Part shown: positions 41,655 to 57,651 of the stretch, in pieces
Layout: every line of letters begins with the position of its first letter
How positions within the stretch are numbered: the stretch's first letter is position 1
From: Utricularia gibba
Lineage: Eukaryota > Plantae > Magnoliophyta
Reading direction: 5' to 3'
Length of the DNA: 64,000 nt
NCBI GenBank assembly: GCA_002189035.1
Contig: NEEC01000013.1
Coordinates: 2,170,001 to 2,234,000, forward strand
Position numbers and translations under genes: made by a program
Notes under the pieces: model-generated
Seen by the model: the letters and a program-made list of their open reading frames with translations, nothing else
Told to the model about the DNA's origin: nothing
Database searches by the model: none

Positions 41655-43287
41655 ATGCGGTTGATGACGACGTTGAGTCCCGCAATACCGAGCTTGCCCA
41701 ATTTCCACCACGCTCCTCCGCTCCGCAGACGCGATATTCTAGCGCAACCGCACGCCGTTAAAACGGGCGGCGGCGGCGGAAGAGTTAGCCCCGAGTTCTC
41801 GTCGACGATTGGGCGAATTATCGATGAAGAGGAGTACAGGAAGGCTAGGGCAGAGGTTTTCCGAAAAGGGTTCGACGTTGAAGGCTACAGCGTCGAGGGT
41901 ACGTCAATTGGCGGCCATGAAACCTGCATCATTGTCCCTGAATTGAAGTCCGCTTTCGATATTGGCCGGTGTCTTCCCAAAGCAGTGAACCAGAATTTTC
42001 TGTTCATCACGCATGCCCATCTCGATCACATTGTACCCACTTCCTTCCTTCCATGGATTGCTGCAGAAAAATGTTGATTTCCCTTCCGTCTAATGTTTGA
42101 CTCCATTGATTCAGGGTGGACTACCGAGTTACATAGCAACTCGTGCTCTTTACAGCTTGAAGCCTCCTACAGTATTCGTGCCTCCCTGCATCAAAGAGGA
42201 TGTTGAGAAACTGATTGACATTCACAGAGAAATGTCTCAGGTGGAGCTCAGCGTTGAACTTGTTGCTCTGGATGTTGGTAAGCAGCTTGATGCTTCCTTT
42301 TTCCGGCACCTTTTTGTTTACAGACAAACTGCACTTCACACAGGGGAAACATATGAACTGCGGAATGAGATTGTTGTGCGACCATTTAGAACACACCATG
42401 TTATCCCCAGTCAGGTGTGTTGAACAGACTCCCCTTTGTTTTCCATGATAGATGTTATCTTTGGAATCATGAAATCTGATCGAGATGCTTGTCGAGTGAG
42501 CCACTGATGGTCTCTGGGTATCAGGGCTATGTTATCTACTCGGTGAGGAAGAAGCTGAGGAAGCAATATATGCACCTTAAAGGAAAGCAAATTGAGAAAA
42601 TCAAGAAGTCCGGAGTGGAGGTTTTGCTTGTTTGTTTTTCATCAGCCATATACTTGGTTTTTGAATCTGCAATCAAAATCTCGTTCTGTGCAGATCACAG
42701 ACACCATTTTATCCCCAGAGGTGGCCTTCACAGGAGACACAACATCTGAGTTCTATCTCAATCCATACAGTTCTGATGCATTGCGAGCCAAAATTCTCAT
42801 AACCGAGGTAACATTCAGTTGTTCTTGTTCGAAAACAAGTAGAGTTGGTAATGGAGTCTTGTTTTTCAGTCGGTTTTCTTAGACAAGTTCTTTCCTTTCC
42901 TTCAACAGGCAACGTTTCTGGATGAAAGTGTCGGCATCGAACACGCCCGTCAACACGGGCATACGCATCTATACGAGGTGCTCTAACTTTCCATGAATTT
43001 GCTATCTTTCTCCGACCACCATGTGAGTGCTTCAAGAAATTGCAGATCATGGAGCATGCACAATGGATACGGAATAAGTCTGTTGTCCTGACCCACTTCT
43101 CCTCTCGCTACAATATCCAGGTAACCACAGTAGCATCTGGCTTATAGACACTCAGTTATCTTATGCTGAAGGTTCCATTGACAATGGTTAGGATATCCGG
43201 AAAGCAGTTTCACAGTTGCAGTCGAAGGTATCGGCTAAGGTGGTTCCCCTGACAGAGGGATTCAAATCCATTTACTCAGATCTCTAG
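41655..43287 (+). CDS. TRZ2: Chloroplast short-form tRNase Z
   Basis: Transit-like N-terminus, EGTSIGGHETC, HAHLDHIGG metallo-beta-lactamase motif, THHVIPSQGY, EVAFTGDT and THFSSRY. Confidence 0.92.
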
Positions 43288-43489
43288 TTTGCTCTGCACT
43301 CACCTCAAAGCTAGACTGTACATTTTCTGGAATACGAGTTCTTGTGTATGTGCAACAACACAAGTCTCATGTAGAAGAATGCAGCTTTTAGATTTTTGGT
43401 TTGGAGAACCGCAGTTTCTGCGGAAATACTTTGAACAGCAACATGAAGGAGCAACAACATTAGATAAAGCAGACTACATAGGAGAGGGA

Positions 43490-43607
43490 TCAAAACTTGC
43501 CGGGGTTGATGTTCTTTCCGTCCCTCGCTCCCTTTCCTGACGCAAATTCGTGATCGTCATCATAATCATCATCGTCGTCGTCATCGTCGTCGTCGTCGTC
43601 GTCATCA

Positions 43608-43646
<39 letters not shown>

Positions 43647-44095
43647 TCATCATCGTCATCATTAAGAGGGGATGGATCAAGTCTAGCAGCATCAATAGCC
43701 CATCTGATTACTTTCTGGACTTCATCTTCTTCATCGGCTCCTTCTCCTGAGTACTTTATTGTACTACTTTGGCTGACATTCGTTGCCGGTGATTTGAGGG
43801 CTGCGAATCTGGCATAAAGATCATCAGGATCAACCGCCCCCCCACCGGATTTCTCGTCACCTGAATCTGTTTTCTCGGTAGGATCGCAGGGTGAGCTAGT
43901 TGGCCTTAGGGGATTCTTTAGGGCTTGAAAGCGGCGGTCTAGCTCTGGATCGATCCCAACGGAGTCACGCGCCGCGTGCGGAGGACCGGCGACCTTGAGT
44001 TTGAGAAGAAGGTCGTCTTGCGCTGCTCGGAGCATCTGCTCCACATCATCATCGACATCATCGGGCTTGGGGGTTTTCCCCCTTGCGTTGTTCAT
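43490..44095 (-). CDS. Intronless protein of unknown function with a poly-Asp tail
   Basis: ORF with helical repeats DPELDRRFQALK and DDLYARFAALK, then EVQKVIRWAIDAARLDPSP and 32 consecutive Asp. The ATG is taken as 44095. Confidence 0.75.
43553..43660 (-). repeat. (GAC/GAT)n coding microsatellite
   Basis: 96 nt of GAY codons (43660-43565), then TAT and three more GAY. Confidence 0.95.
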
Positions 44096-44329
44096 CAGGA
44101 ACTCCGATCGCGATGAACGACGACAAAAGGTTGAAGCTTTTTGTGAAAACGCTAAATGCGCCTTCCCCAACCGTACCGGCCAATAAGAAGGCGCCACATC
44201 ATCATATTGCCCACGCATTTATACCTTTTTCGGTACCGGAAGGCCGAAATGACGCACTTACCCTTCCTCCTTGCCTTCTGGAATCTAGCGTTTAGAATTT
44301 GATTCACAGGCAACTCGACACAAGGAAGC

Positions 44330-47558
<3,229 letters not shown>

Positions 47559-47672
47559 AGCATCGGAATGTGAATGAAGATGAGCAGAGGGAGAAGTGGT
47601 GAGGTTAGGGTTTTGCAGTTTCCTATTCATGCATTGAGTAGTCACGTAGTTCCACCCCCATTCTTGGTGGTG

Positions 47673-47695
47673 CCCCCCCCCCCCCCCCCCCCCCC
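47673..47695 (+). repeat. C23 homopolymer downstream of PRMT6
   Basis: 23 consecutive C seen directly. Confidence 0.9.
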
Positions 47696-48002
47696 GAGGT
47701 TACAGAAATAGCCTTGTTCCAGTAGATTCATTGTTTTGGAGGCATTTCATAATTTATTTAAAATTTTAATTATAAGATAAAATAAAATTTACGAATTTAA
47801 ATTTAAAATAGATATGATAAATTAATTTAAGTATATTAGACTTAAATTTGTTTAAAATCAATTTTGAATTAAATTGGTATTTAATATTGTTGGTTATTTA
47901 TCAACCATCTCATTTAAGTCTTGCAATAATGTTTTGTTTTATTTTTTTCTGAAAATAATCTTCAAAAAAAGAATGAAAAGAGGCCTCCATGGTAAAGTTG
48001 GA

Positions 48003-48033
48003 AGCCCATGACTAAAGGCCCAAAATATGGGCT
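48003..48033. promoter_or_regulatory. Site II cluster upstream of the HMGB gene
   Basis: AGCCCA at 48003, GGCCCA at 48017 and TGGGCT at 48028. Confidence 0.55.
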
Positions 48034-48218
48034 CAACTTTCTGTAATTCGTCTCACATGGCGGAAAGTATTGGCGCCATTCAAGGGTTTCAAATCATGTC
48101 AATTTTTCGGAATCCCTCTCTCGCACAGCATCAATATATATTCGGCGATTCGCGCCTAGGTCTGTTTACCTAGTGCTTCTTCTTTTACGGTGTTGCGGTT
48201 AGCTAATCTTACCCTGAA

Positions 48219-49459
48219 ATGGCCGGAAGCAAGTCGTCATCGAAAACTTCGAGGTTGAGGAAAAGGGTTGAAGTTGAGTCCCCCCCTTCTCCCCACGCTG
48301 TCAAACGGGCTAGAGACGGCAGTGCGTTTGTGAAATGGTACTTTTTGTTTGCATTTTTTGGCCCCCATGTTTTCCGGGGTTCTGATGGATTTGGTTTATC
48401 AAGATCTGGTGTGGCATAGTGGTTTGGTGACATGGTCGGTGATGGAAATCGTTTTCCATGTTTTTGCTTTTATTGATTTGCAGTGAAGAGTGCGATAAGA
48501 ATGTTCATGTGGCGCTAATCAAGTTTCATGATTGCACGCTTGATGCGAAAATTAGGACAAATCTGGGTATTTAACATTATGAGTTTTCATTTGTTTCACG
48601 TTCTGGGTAGATCTAATGATCTCTGGTTGTTTTCGGCAGAGGCCCAGGTAGTGGAGATGCAAAATGAGCCCAAGAAGGTGGCATCAGCGCCTAAAAAGTA
48701 AGTTTTAAATGTTACCAATCTTTTCAACCATAAGTCAGTTGTTTGATAGCTGCTATTCACTTTTAGAAAAAAGACCAGACAAGTAGAACCAAAAGAAAAG
48801 ACGGAAAACAAGGCAAAGGTCCCTAAATCACGAAAAAGGCCCCCTACTGCATTCTTCCTTTTCATGTAACGCCATGCTCTCCGCTTATGTTTTTTTATCT
48901 CATAAAAAATATGTTATGCATTTGGTAGTCTTATTATGTGTATCTGTATAAACTTCAGGAATGACTTTAGAAAAGAATTCAAGGAGGCCAATCCTGATTG
49001 CAAGAATGTGGCAACGGTAATCCTAATCATTTATCCAGTTGATAATATGCATGTACATTCTCTCACAGTTCCTTGTTGTTCCAGGTTGCAAAGGAGGGTG
49101 GTGAGAAATGGAAATCCATGACTGAAGATGTATGCTTAGTGTTTTGTCTGGCACATATTAACCCAGAGTTCTATAAACTGTACTCACGATTGATGCCACT
49201 GTCAATGACCAGAAAAAAAAAGTGTATGTTGAAAGAGCAGCTGAGCTCAAGGCTGAATTTGAAGGAAATACAGATGCAAATGAGTGTGAGAATGAAAATG
49301 TATGAGCCAGTGTGTGTACAACATGGAATTGTGTCATCCCTCCTAATAATGCGTCTTATCCGAAATGGGTATTTGCATTTGTAGGTTGTGGAGTCTTGCA
49401 TCGAAGAAACCGCAGGAGAGGAGACTACAAAGGATGAAGAAGCTGAAGAGGAGGCGTAA
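48219..49459 (+). CDS. HMGB7: HMG-box protein with N-terminal Cys/His knuckle (HMGB6/HMGB7 type)
   Basis: LRKRVEVES..RARDGSAFVKCEECDKNVHVALIKFHDCTLDAKIR, KRPPTAFFLFM, GGEKWKSMT and an acidic tail. Exon phases were checked. Confidence 0.88.
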
Positions 49460-49812
49460 GATGCACAAATGTTTGCTTATCATCCTGTGGATCTAAATAG
49501 GTTCATTCCATTAACACCATTGTAAATCCCTGTTTTCTTTTTAGCTTCATCCACCTTTTCTCCATGCTTCCCTTTGTGACACTTTTCCCACTCACTTGCT
49601 CTCCTTTTCCTGTTTCTGGAATCAGTCTTTGCTAATGGTGTCTGTTTGTTCTGAATTTCAAATATGATTTTCCATTGTTGTTTCATAACGTGTCTGTTGT
49701 CAGATTCTCTTAATTGTGTGTCAAGCTGGTGGTCATTCATGCGCAATGGCCCCAAAACCCTTTTTTTTTATGATGTAAAAAAATATATTTATAAAAAGTA
49801 ACTTATCTCCGG

Positions 49813-49886
49813 GGCCCACAACCTCCCCCACGCGTCACGAAACAGAATGGGCCGACACGTGACGTAAAGCGGGTTCCATGTGGGCC
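49813..49886. promoter_or_regulatory. Site II and G-box cluster upstream of the DUF3755 gene
   Basis: GGCCCA at 49813, TGGGCC at 49848 and 49881, and CACGTG at 49856. Confidence 0.5.
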
Positions 49887-50010
49887 CGGTGGGGATCGGG
49901 GTATTTTGGGAAGGGGGAAACATATGTGGGGCCCGGAGGTATTCATTAGAATAAAGAATGAGCAGCTGAACGCCTCCCGAAGTGACAGCCAATCAACTAT
50001 TGTCAACTCA

Positions 50011-50013
<3 letters not shown>

Positions 50014-50050
<37 letters not shown>
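50014..50050 (+). repeat. (CT)18 microsatellite / GAGA element in the DUF3755 leader
   Basis: Perfect CT run ending 27 nt before the ATG at 50078. Confidence 0.9.
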
Positions 50051-50055
<5 letters not shown>

Positions 50056-50077
50056 GATGTGATTTCTTTCTCCGTCG

Positions 50078-52163
50078 ATGGCCACGGATCCCGCTTCCCG
50101 CTATCAGGCGTCGGCGGATATGGTCTTCAGGTCGACCGCCGCCGCGGCTCCTGCCTGTGAGTTGTTTTCCTTCACCGCCTGTCAGGGGAGTTCAGCCTCT
50201 CGTCGTGCTAGCGGGAGAATCTGCTTCTCTTCCGGCGCGTCGCAGAGTTCTGGTGACATTACTTCCTCTCTGCTTCTGGAGTCAGTTCCGAGGTTAAAGC
50301 ACGATACTGGGCTCGCCGTCGAGTGGACGATTGACGAGCAATACAAGTTGGAGGAGGGACTGGTTAAGTAGGTATCTTTTTTCTGGGTATGGGTAATCTC
50401 CGGGTTCATTCGGGAGCTTCTGTTTTTCTTTTTTCGAGTCATGGGCGATTCGTGGGCTTAATGCTCAAAGCTGTTGTCCACACCAATTTATTACCGCTCT
50501 TTGTAGTTCTTTCAACTTCCGCGTCTGCAACCTGACAGATCCCTTTTTGTTTTTACCTCGAGCAATTTACACAAGGAAAAAAGTTTGTTTTTTATGCTGT
50601 TTTTGTTCTAACAAAGTCACGGGAGATGGTTTTCGACTATTCTGTCATTGAGTTGAGTTCAATGTTCTTTTCTTTCCCGTTTCTTTATCCGCTTGGCTTT
50701 GATTTCCTTAGATACGCGAATGAACACAGCATAATGCGCTCCATAAAGATTGCAGCTTCGATGCCGGAGAAGACAGTACGAGATGTTGCCCTTCGGTGTA
50801 AATGGATGGGGGTAACATTTTTTTTTCTTGAACTTGCTGTTAATCACTTTATTTTCTTACTTTTCGTAAAATCTATGTCCTCGTAGAACTTTCTGTAATG
50901 AACATATTTTCTTTTCGTAGAGAAAAAGGAGGAAACAAGAAGATCGAATCCATGGGAAGAATGCCACAGATGGAAAAGTAAGTTTTTTTTTTTTTTGGGT
51001 TTTCTTATATTACGTTGGATTAAGTTCATATGCAAGATCTTCAGTGAACGCATGATGATTATATGCCATTCATATATTGATAAAGTCTGGACACTTTGCC
51101 TAGGACCTTTTGGTGGATACTCTATTCAAAAATAGCATTGCTTCAGCTGCATCAGTAAACACTTTTTCTTTAACCAGAAACAATCATGATCAGAATGCTA
51201 CCGTGCTATATGGAGGTCTGTTTCATTTCTAACTTCATCCACCAGATCTCTTTCTTTTGCAGGAGTGTTGGTTTCGTTTGAACGTCGTTTTAAACCCTTT
51301 TTCCCAAATAGTATGCAAGCCGTTGCCCCGTCTTGACTTCATTGAGGTTATCTTTTCTGTGCTGCAGTAACGAGTGGTGCTGTCAGTCATCTGTTAGAAG
51401 AAAATAGCCAGGCTTTCAGCCAGATTTCTGCCAACATTTCGTCACTGAAGGTATTGTGATTTATCTTCCAGGAGATGCAGCCTTTGAAACTAGAAGTAGT
51501 GCCACAATAATGTGATTTGCAGTTTTCGGAGTTTTGTGTATGCATGAAAAGGCAACTGGTTCTAGTGCATTATTGTCAAGGATAATGTAATCTTTTAGCG
51601 TTCCAATACTTGCAGATCTCCTGTTTCTTAAAGTTTACTATTTCCTAATCATAATTCTTTGTTGCAGTTGGAACAGAATATCAATCTCTTCTTTCGTACA
51701 AAAAACAACTTGAGTAAAATATTGAACGAGTAAGTGAATCTGATTAGTGCTGCAATGTCTTTCACCTGCAGTTGACTATTTAAGTTTTCGAATGCAGGAT
51801 GAAAGAAATGCCTGGAATCATGAGCCGAATGGCTCCTCTTCCTGTACTAATAAATGAAAAGCTTGTGAATAGTATTTTTCCACCCGTGACTCAGGTATAC
51901 CCCCCTTCAACTTGTCGAAGATTTTTCCAGAGTGCCTATTCTATCCTTCTAACTGATCATGAATATCCCCTTTTTTTTCCTCACAAATCCCCAAAGAACC
52001 AATCAAGTCATTAAGGCTTCAATGGTCTATCAATATTTCGTTATCAGTTGGGTGGGGGTGTTGGAATTTTATTTTCCTCATCTCTGTTTGATTTGTGACA
52101 CCAGAACTGCCTCATCCTATTTTGCAGCCCTTTAGCCCTACATCCTTAATGCAGAAGCCATGA
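50078..52163 (+). CDS. DUF3755 / SANT-like domain protein
   Basis: LKHDTGLAVEWTIDEQYKLEEGLVKY, IKIAASMPEKTVRDVALRCKWM, HLLEENSQAFSQISAN and MPGIMSRMAPLPVLINEKL. Multi-exon GT-AG structure. Confidence 0.85.
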
Positions 52164-52942
52164 AGCAAGCGGTGAAGCGAGTGATGGCCATCATCTTAGA
52201 CAAATCTTCTCTGTATGTATTACTATGGCAAGTTGCACAGGATGGATTCATCTACCTCTGTCTCTTCAGAAGAGGATGTGATGGTCATTTTGCAGCACAC
52301 TAACTATCTGGTCCTTAGAATGAAAGACATTAGCTGTTCCTTGCAACAGAGATGGATTCAGCTGTGCATCCGCATCTAGGATCATCATCACCTTACATGG
52401 TTTGTTCATACTTTTTTGAAAAAAATGTAATGTGCTGTTACCATGGTTTCTCTAAGCTGTGTTCATTTGAATCTAAGGGGTAGTTCGAGTGCCTTGCTAT
52501 CTTTTGCCACTAAAAAGAAGCGACTGTAGGCTGCTTATCCCCTCTGTGGTTAGACTAAATCTAGAGGAGAAAGGCAACTGCAGAGATTAGTAATTCTTCC
52601 CTTTTCACTTTCAATGTACAGTTCTTTTTTTTTTTTCCCTTCAATATAATATGCGAACTTATTGTTATCGTGAGAGGGCGCTGAATTGATTGATCTGAAT
52701 TGGGGAGTTCGTATGCGCTGATCATATTTATACTCCCACTTGTTAATCAACAGTTGAATAGCAGATTCAAATCTGAACTGAAGAAAGTGAATTTAAGCTT
52801 CTCATTTCAATTAGACCTTGATTCTATAAACAGGTGAAGGTACTCCATTTCTTCATTCCAGACAGAAGGAAGGTGTTCATTTGTTGCAGAGACAGCGGAA
52901 ACCAATGCCTGATATCACTGTGCAGATGAAGCCATGGATTCA

Positions 52943-54952
52943 TCATATGCTCATCTGCTGCTCATCCCTGGGCAGGCTTTGGACTGTATCAGACCATCTT
53001 CCTGGAGAATGATCGCTGCTATTATTTGAGGACAAGTTTACTTTAGTTCTTGCTTCTCTGATCATCCTCAACACATCCCTCATCAACGGCCTTTCTCCAG
53101 GAACCACTGAAACACAGGCCATGGCTATGTTAACAAGAGCATTAAGTTTCTCCTCATTTGTGGAATATGAATCCTCTTCCTCACGTACAGCTCGCACCCA
53201 TTTCGGTATGTCTGCATCATGTTCTTGTACAAGATCTTGAAACGGAGTCTTCCCTGTTAGAAGCTCAAGTAACAATACACCATAGCTATACACATCAGCT
53301 TGCTGGGTAAGAGCTCTTCTCATGTCCCGGCACTCTGGGGCTCTATAGAGAAGTGAAGATGCACTTGTTTCCTTCTGGGAGTCAGGGTTTCTGAATGGGC
53401 TCAAACCATAATCTGTCAGGCAAGACTCAAACTCCGGCCCCAACAAAACATTTGCCGACTTGAGATTCCCATGACTCAGACCTGGATTCTGGTGGATGCA
53501 AACCAATCCTGCAGCCAAGTCTTCAGCTATTTTTAAACAAGATGTCCAGTGAAGAGATTTAGAGCCTCCTCTTCCTCTGGATCCTACAATGCAAACATGA
53601 ATTGAGTTGTCCACCCAACATGAAACATGAAAGCAACACTGTGATCATCATGCACTTACCATGGAGAAGAGAGAAGAGACTGCCATTGGGGAAATAATCA
53701 TAAACAAGCAGGCGTTCGTCCTGAGCTTGAAAGTAAGCTCTTAGTGGAACCAAATTCGGGTGTCGTAATCTCCCAAGAATCTCAATGTGTCTCCTAAACT
53801 CCTGTATTGCTGGGTAACTAGCATCTTTCAACCTCTTGATGGTAACAATATAGCCTGACTCCATCACAGCCTTGTATGTGCTTCCCATGGTTCCTCTCCC
53901 CAATGTCTCCGCAGATGCCTTGAGAAGATCCTCCATTGTGTAACTCATTTGCTCATCCCCTGGTCCAAGAAACACCAGACTTCCAAGTCCTTCCCCTCCC
54001 TTGCCTCCCTCATCATCTCTGCTTCTGTCACCACCACCATATCCCCTTGCTGCTGCAACCTCCTTTGAACCTCCTCGAGATGCTTCTCTTGTTCCCTCAG
54101 TTGTGTTACTAAAATACTTGATCAAAAGCAGCATTGTAATGCATACCAGAAAGAATCCAACGATACTTAGAACAATAATCATGATTAGTCTCTTATTGCT
54201 CTTATGTTCCCTTATTTCAGGAGGAGGTGTCGGTGGATATGAAGGACTAGGAGATGGAGCAGCTTGGCAAAGCACTAGAACTTGTTCACCACACAAATCC
54301 ATGTTGCCAATGAAAGAGGACTCATCAAACTTGCTCATTGCAGCAGTTCCAGGGATTTCCCCAGACAGATAATTGTTTGAAACATTGAAAAACATTAAAC
54401 TAGACTGATTAAAAGAAGGAATACCCCAGTTAGTCTATTATCTTGCAAATACAACACATACAATCTGCTCAACACAACGAGGGAATGAGGTATCTCTCCA
54501 GATAATTGGTTGTCGAACAGGACAACTATTTTCAAACGATGCAGGTGAGAAAGACTTGAGGGAATTCTACCGGAGAACCTGTTAGTGTTAAGAAACAAGG
54601 ACTTGAGATTCAGAAGCGCATACATCTCAGGAATTGGCCCATAAAGCAAGTTTTCCTTAAAGCTTAACACCCTTAGTTGATCCAGCTGATTCAAGCTTTC
54701 TCCATCAATTTTTCCACTCAAATTCAGATTCTCAACAACAAGCTTCGTTACCCTCCCATTGCGGCACTCTTTCACTCCTTTCCATTGGCAGAAATCACTT
54801 CCTTTTTCGCTTCCCCATTGAAGAACGCCAAAATGATCCATAGACGCTTTCAAGCCCAAAAGAGCCTCAGTGTTTCCTGATCTTACTTGGGGAACTTCAA
54901 CCATCAGAAATGAAGTAAACAAAATGTACCAAAAGTGCATTACACCCATCAC
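52943..54952 (-). CDS. LRR-III probable inactive receptor kinase (At1g60630-like) with a 1-nt frameshift at 54424-54427
   Basis: Signal peptide, [22 protein letters not shown], LRRs, a TM segment, and a kinase domain with [11 protein letters not shown] lacking the catalytic Asp. One intron near 53659-53582. Adding one G joins NRLTG to [18 protein letters not shown]. Confidence 0.9.
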
Positions 54953-56800
54953 TCTCTCTCAAGAAAGAAAGTGGAAGAAATAAACAGCTACATAACAAGA
55001 AACGACGGCCTGAATCTCGACATTGTCTCAAGAAAGAACAAGCTTGGTGCTGGGAAAGCAGAAGCGAAAGGGAAGCATTTTTTTCTCTTCTGTTTCAACA
55101 CAGACCAAATCCACCAACACCCAGTACACACGGGATGGGAGCGACAAAGGATTACCGTGGAACGTCAGGCCTGAAATTGAAGAATAAAACAAGGCGTCAT
55201 ATACTCACTGTCAAAAGGCTGAGCTTTGGCCCCATCCCATTTCACAAACGGCTAAAATGTAGCAAACAAACAAAAGATGTCCAACGGGAGCCATAATTAA
55301 TAGGTAGGGAATCCTCGCACTCCACTTGAATCACTGCTGGCGATAGCCAATCGTAATGGTATCCTTTCTCCTCAATTGCGGACAAAGGAAGAGCGTTCTT
55401 GCCAAAGGTTCAACTTCACATGAACCCACAAAAACGCAATACGTGCTTCTTAACTTGACAGAAGAAAGAACAGTTGAAAATATGAAAGTCATCAACCCGG
55501 GGTGGAGAAGAAAGCGAATCAGCCGAGAAATCAACTCCCAAGGTCAAATCTCCTACCAGAAAAATTGTTATTCAAGTCCAAATATCATTTAATGCAACGG
55601 CATAATACGTCCACAGTTCCTTGAATGCCACTTTAATGCACCTCCTAGAGTGTGCAAGAGATTGAAGAAAAAGCAACTACATTGGAATAGCATGCTAGGC
55701 TTGTTTAGAAAAATGATCAACGGATTTATTTGGAAAATTGGCTACAACCCCATTCTAATTCCTTTGATTTAGGAACTTGAAGCGCTTTCAGGGGCAGCTG
55801 ATTCTTCATGGTGGACAAGACAGGCGTCGTCTCTTATGCCCCCATGAGCTAAATATAAAGATGTAGCATTAGCCTTAGCAGCTACTTCTCACCATAGGAT
55901 CCTCGGAGCAGATGCTGCAATTAGAAGAGTAAATAGGGACAGCTATCTCTCTAAACAGTCGCAAACTTTTATGAACATGTCCATCCACTCTCTCAATCTT
56001 CTAAAGATTGCATTCACCGTTACTCTAGATCCACTTCAACTTTCAAACTTCTGGTTCACGGTCTAGTTCCATCTTTGCTCCTCCGGATTCATCATCTGCA
56101 TACAGTACAGGGCAAGATCAACAACCCAGATTCCAACGAGACCTCTGCGTGTAAGTACACTACACCATAGAAACACTTTGAAAGGAACCCGGAATTCACA
56201 TGGAGGACAAGACAATAACTTGGGGGGTTGAGCAGCTGTGGCCTATTGGGTCTCCCCAGAGCTGAATGGAAGGAAGAAGGCTGTTTGTGCCCCAAGTGGT
56301 GAGGTCAAGAGACAATGAAAGCTTCACTTCGCCATTTACTTGGTGCTGCTTCTCCTTCTCTTTTCCATCAATGCTACACAGACTCTGAGGTGTCGAGACC
56401 GACTCAGAGCAGTCAGTGGTCAACCATGACACCGGAGACTACTGAGCAATATGATCCCTTGGGATTGTTTCACATGTTAGCATTTTTTTTATTGCATACT
56501 TACCATCACCTTCTAGAATGCTCCGAAGGATAAAGGGAGTTTAGTGGATGAGAGTAAATTTTTAAAATATATTTCTTATTTTAAATATAAATAATTTAAA
56601 TAAAATATAAATTTAAATATAAATTTATAAAAATAAAATTAGTAAAGAAATACAGATTTTATTTAAAAATGTTGAAATAAATTTAAAATCTACGACTTAA
56701 TTTCACATATATGTATATATATATATATATATGTGAATATTTCATAAAAATATTTATTTTTCACAGGTACAAAAATTATCCATTTTTCTTCTGAAAGCAA

Positions 56801-56809
56801 AAACCCTAA
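56801..56809 (+). promoter_or_regulatory. Telo-box upstream of the L1-domain gene
   Basis: AAACCCTAA 80 nt before the ATG. This element is typical of ribosome-biogenesis genes. Confidence 0.6.
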
Positions 56810-56880
56810 TTCCCTTGAAAATTCCCCTTTTCTGGTTGCAGGCCAGAATTTTTCAAGTCTTCCCGATCGCTCGTTTCGCC

Positions 56881-57651
56881 ATGGAAGAACCTTCGCGGCG
56901 CGGGCATTTGGGTCTTGAGATCGAGGAGCAAACTGCAAGGAGAGCAGTGAACGCTCTCCTGAAATGGCGGGAGAAGAGGAAAGGACGAGAGGATGAAGAG
57001 CAAGGAGATGAAGACGAATTCATGTACCTTACCATGACCTTGAACAAGAATCCTCCAAAAAATCTGACCTTTGCTCCCCATAGAATCCCCCTTCGTCACT
57101 TTCTCCACTCCGGAGATATCTCCATTTGTCTCATCGTAGACGGTAAGCGAATCACCGCGGAGGCGGCCCAGCGCATTGTGAAATCCCGGGACATCCCCGC
57201 GGTCACGAAGATTCTCAAGCTATCCAAACTTAAATCTGACTACAAGTCATTCGATTTGAAGAAGCGTCTATACGATTCGTTCGATCTGTTTCTTGCTACT
57301 TCGAAAGCGGCGCCTTTGCTTGAGAAGGTGTTGGGGAAGGTTTTCTACAGAAAGAAGAAAAAGATTCCGGTGCCGGTTGATTTGCTGCCGGATGGGAGTA
57401 ATTGGAGGGAGGAGATTGAAATGGCGCGGCGATCTAGTTTGCTCTGCTCGGGCGGTGGAACTTGCAGTGCTGTTAGAGTAGGGAGGTGGGGTGTGCTTGG
57501 AGGCCAGGAGACGTTGGAGAATGTACTTGACGCCATTGATGGTGTGCTTAGGATTGTGCCCAAGAGGAATGGAATCAAATGCCTTCATCTCAAGTATTCG
57601 GATTCACTGGCTCTGCCGATCTACGATTCAGGTGATCGATTCAAGTCATAA
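56881..57651 (+). CDS. Ribosomal protein L1 domain-containing protein (RSL1D1/Utp30-like), intronless
   Basis: RAVNALLKW, ICLIVD, KILKLSKLKSDYKSF, YDSFDLFLA, LGKVFYRKKKKIPVPVDL, GGGTCSAVRVG and SLALPIY. Confidence 0.88.
   Translation: MEEPSRRGHLGLEIEEQTARRAVNALLKWREKRKGREDEEQGDEDEFMYLTMTLNKNPPKNLTFAPHRIPLRHFLHSGDISICLIVDGKRITAEAAQRIVKSRDIPAVTKILKLSKLKSDYKSFDLKKRLYDSFDLFLATSKAAPLLEKVLGKVFYRKKKKIPVPVDLLPDGSNWREEIEMARRSSLLCSGGGTCSAVRVGRWGVLGGQETLENVLDAIDGVLRIVPKRNGIKCLHLKYSDSLALPIYDSGDRFKS

Noticed and set aside
53420-53480. Missing catalytic Asp (HGN) in the RLK kinase domain
   Set aside because: This is normal for this LRR-III clade of atypical kinases, so it is not novel.
56205-56300. Possible miRNA hairpin bounded by GGGG/CCCC
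   Set aside because: Internal pairing is poor and there is no match to conserved miRNA or tasiRNA sequences that I know.
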